From assembly GCA_039545335.1 (NCBI GenBank), contig BCIN01000010.1, forward strand, positions 62,001 through 126,000: 64,000 nt of DNA, written 5' to 3'. Shown here piece after piece: positions 62,525-64,000 of the stretch; the stretch's first letter is position 1, and every line of letters begins with the position of its first letter. Made by a program: the position numbers and the translations under genes. The notes under the pieces are model-generated. The model was not told the DNA's origin and ran no database searches. It saw only the letters and a program-made list of their open reading frames with translations. The stretch comes from Kondoa subrosea. Taxonomy: Eukaryota.

Positions 62525-63901
62525 TCATTCCGGTCTTGTTCCATGATAAGCACTAGAGGAATGTTTCAGCTTGTGTCTGCAGGCGAACTTTACAACTTAC
62601 TTAGTCAACAGTTTGAGCAACTTCTCTTTCTCGAGTGGCGCAGGATTAGGGTAAGGTGCTTTCGAAGCGATCTCAGCAGCTTTCTCCACATCTTCTTCCT
62701 TGAAACCCAATTCCTTCAAGCTCGTAGGCGCTCCTAGGTTTTTGGCTAGATCAAACAAGCCTTGCGCAGCGTTGTCTACGTTCATTGCTCTGGCAACTCG
62801 GGAGATAGCTTCTTTTGCATAAGGTGCGTTGTAAGCGACTGCGTGAGGTAGGATGACGGTATGCGTTTCCGCGTGAGGCATTCCGAATGAGCCGCCTGCA
62901 GAGATGTAAGTAGAGAAAGACAAATGTGAGATTCAATGTTTACCTAGCGTGTGACATAACTTGTGATGTAGCGACATGCCAACTGCTCCTAGACAGGTTC
63001 CGCATGCCCAAGCGCCATATAGCTATACACACAATGTCAGCATAGTCACAACTCGATCAAACAAACGAACGAACAGCATCAGATCTGGCCTCTTTGTCGC
63101 TTGAATCCTTGTGTATAACAGGCAGCGATTTTGCAATAGCTCGAATACCGTCTTCAGCCAATGAGTTGATGATAGGATTTGATTCAGTGGAGTAAAGAGC
63201 CTCAACACTATGAGCAATCGCATTGCATCCACTAGTAATGGTCATCTTCGCTGGCAGAGTCATTGTAAGGTCGATATCGTAGATAATGACTTCCGGTAAG
63301 ACTTTATTTGTCTTCTGCGTAGTCTTTCCTCCCTCTTTACTTGTTTGACCAATGATGGGAGTAGCTTCAGATCCAGCATAAGTAGTAGGAATGACGATTT
63401 GAGGTAGGTCTGTTTGAAGAGCGATAGCTTTGCCTAGTCCGACTGTAGATGACTATCGTCAGCGAGTACTCATGTTGCGTAATTGAGGAAGGAACTTACT
63501 TGTTGAACCTCCGCCTATCGCTACAAGTACGTCTGCCTTAGTTTCCTTGACCACTTTGAGCGCATCTTCTGTTACATCGAAAGCTGAAGAAGATCGTGCA
63601 GATCATCAACAACACGATTGCGATGAGTATAGACAAACTCACGAGTATGCATAGTCGCATTCGTGTATAACCCGCAAGCAGTTTCACCCAATTGCTTCTG
63701 AACATCCTGCCCAATGTCTGCTTGTTGTGGTGTAGTCCTATTGAACGATCAGCATCCTCACATACTCCCGTTCCTTGAGGAGACGCACAGGACCAAAGCT
63801 GCTTTACATCCCAACTTCGTGATTTCCGCCGACAGCTGTTTAAGCGTTCCAGAGCCAAAGATGACTCTTGCAGGTAATGCGTTATAGACAAAAGGTTGCA
63901 T
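62525..63901 (-). CDS. Maleylacetate reductase (iron-containing ADH family)
   Basis: MQPFVYNALPARVIFGSG, VAIGGGST, GLGKAIAL, IPTTYAGSE, SGCNAIAHSVEALY, MSLHHKLCHTL|GGSFGMPHAETHTVILPHA, YPNP. Confidence 0.9.
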
Positions 63902-64000
63902 GTTTTGAATCGTTGCGGTGCAAGAGGCCAGATCTAGCTCAGCACCTGAAGCTGACCGACGCGCATAAAAGATTAGCTAATTATCCTTAACCCCGCTCTA

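Noticed and set aside
1..64000. Transposons, tRNA/rRNA genes, CRISPR-like arrays
   Set aside because: No transposase or RT motifs, terminal repeats, RNA-gene signatures or regular repeat-spacer arrays were recognised. Small intronic ncRNAs cannot be excluded without a covariance-model search.

Overview
Gene-dense, intron-rich eukaryotic DNA from a basidiomycete fungus. Pucciniomycotina-like affinity is inferred from the proteins, the ~50-60 nt introns, the micro-exons and the varied GTCAGT/GTGCGT/GTTGGT donors. About 30 genes were reconstructed by manual splicing. Conserved or recognisable genes: PITH-domain protein, questin-oxidase/HypA-like protein, MRPL25, STE20 PAK kinase, ERV1, a PalI/SUR7 membrane protein, COQ6, a cystathionine beta-lyase/mevalonate kinase fusion, two tandem Pho84-like transporters, a P450, an arrestin-like protein, a MYND protein, ISA1, cyclin H, ARC40, ALDH, divergent RPS15/RPP2, PEX7, FZO1, a Zn2Cys6 factor and maleylacetate reductase. 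Lineage-specific-looking genes: two tandem F-box-like pairs and a small secreted two-repeat Cys-rich protein. The most unusual observations are (i) an F-box-like pair whose spliced last exons each encode a PCNA-interacting (PIP-box-like) motif, with one copy carrying an in-frame TGA; (ii) an F-box gene that starts inside the 5' end of ERV1 on the opposite strand; (iii) the metabolic fusion; and (iv) the secreted repeat protein. No RNA genes, transposons or CRISPR arrays were recognised. Exon boundaries are manual predictions without RNA evidence.
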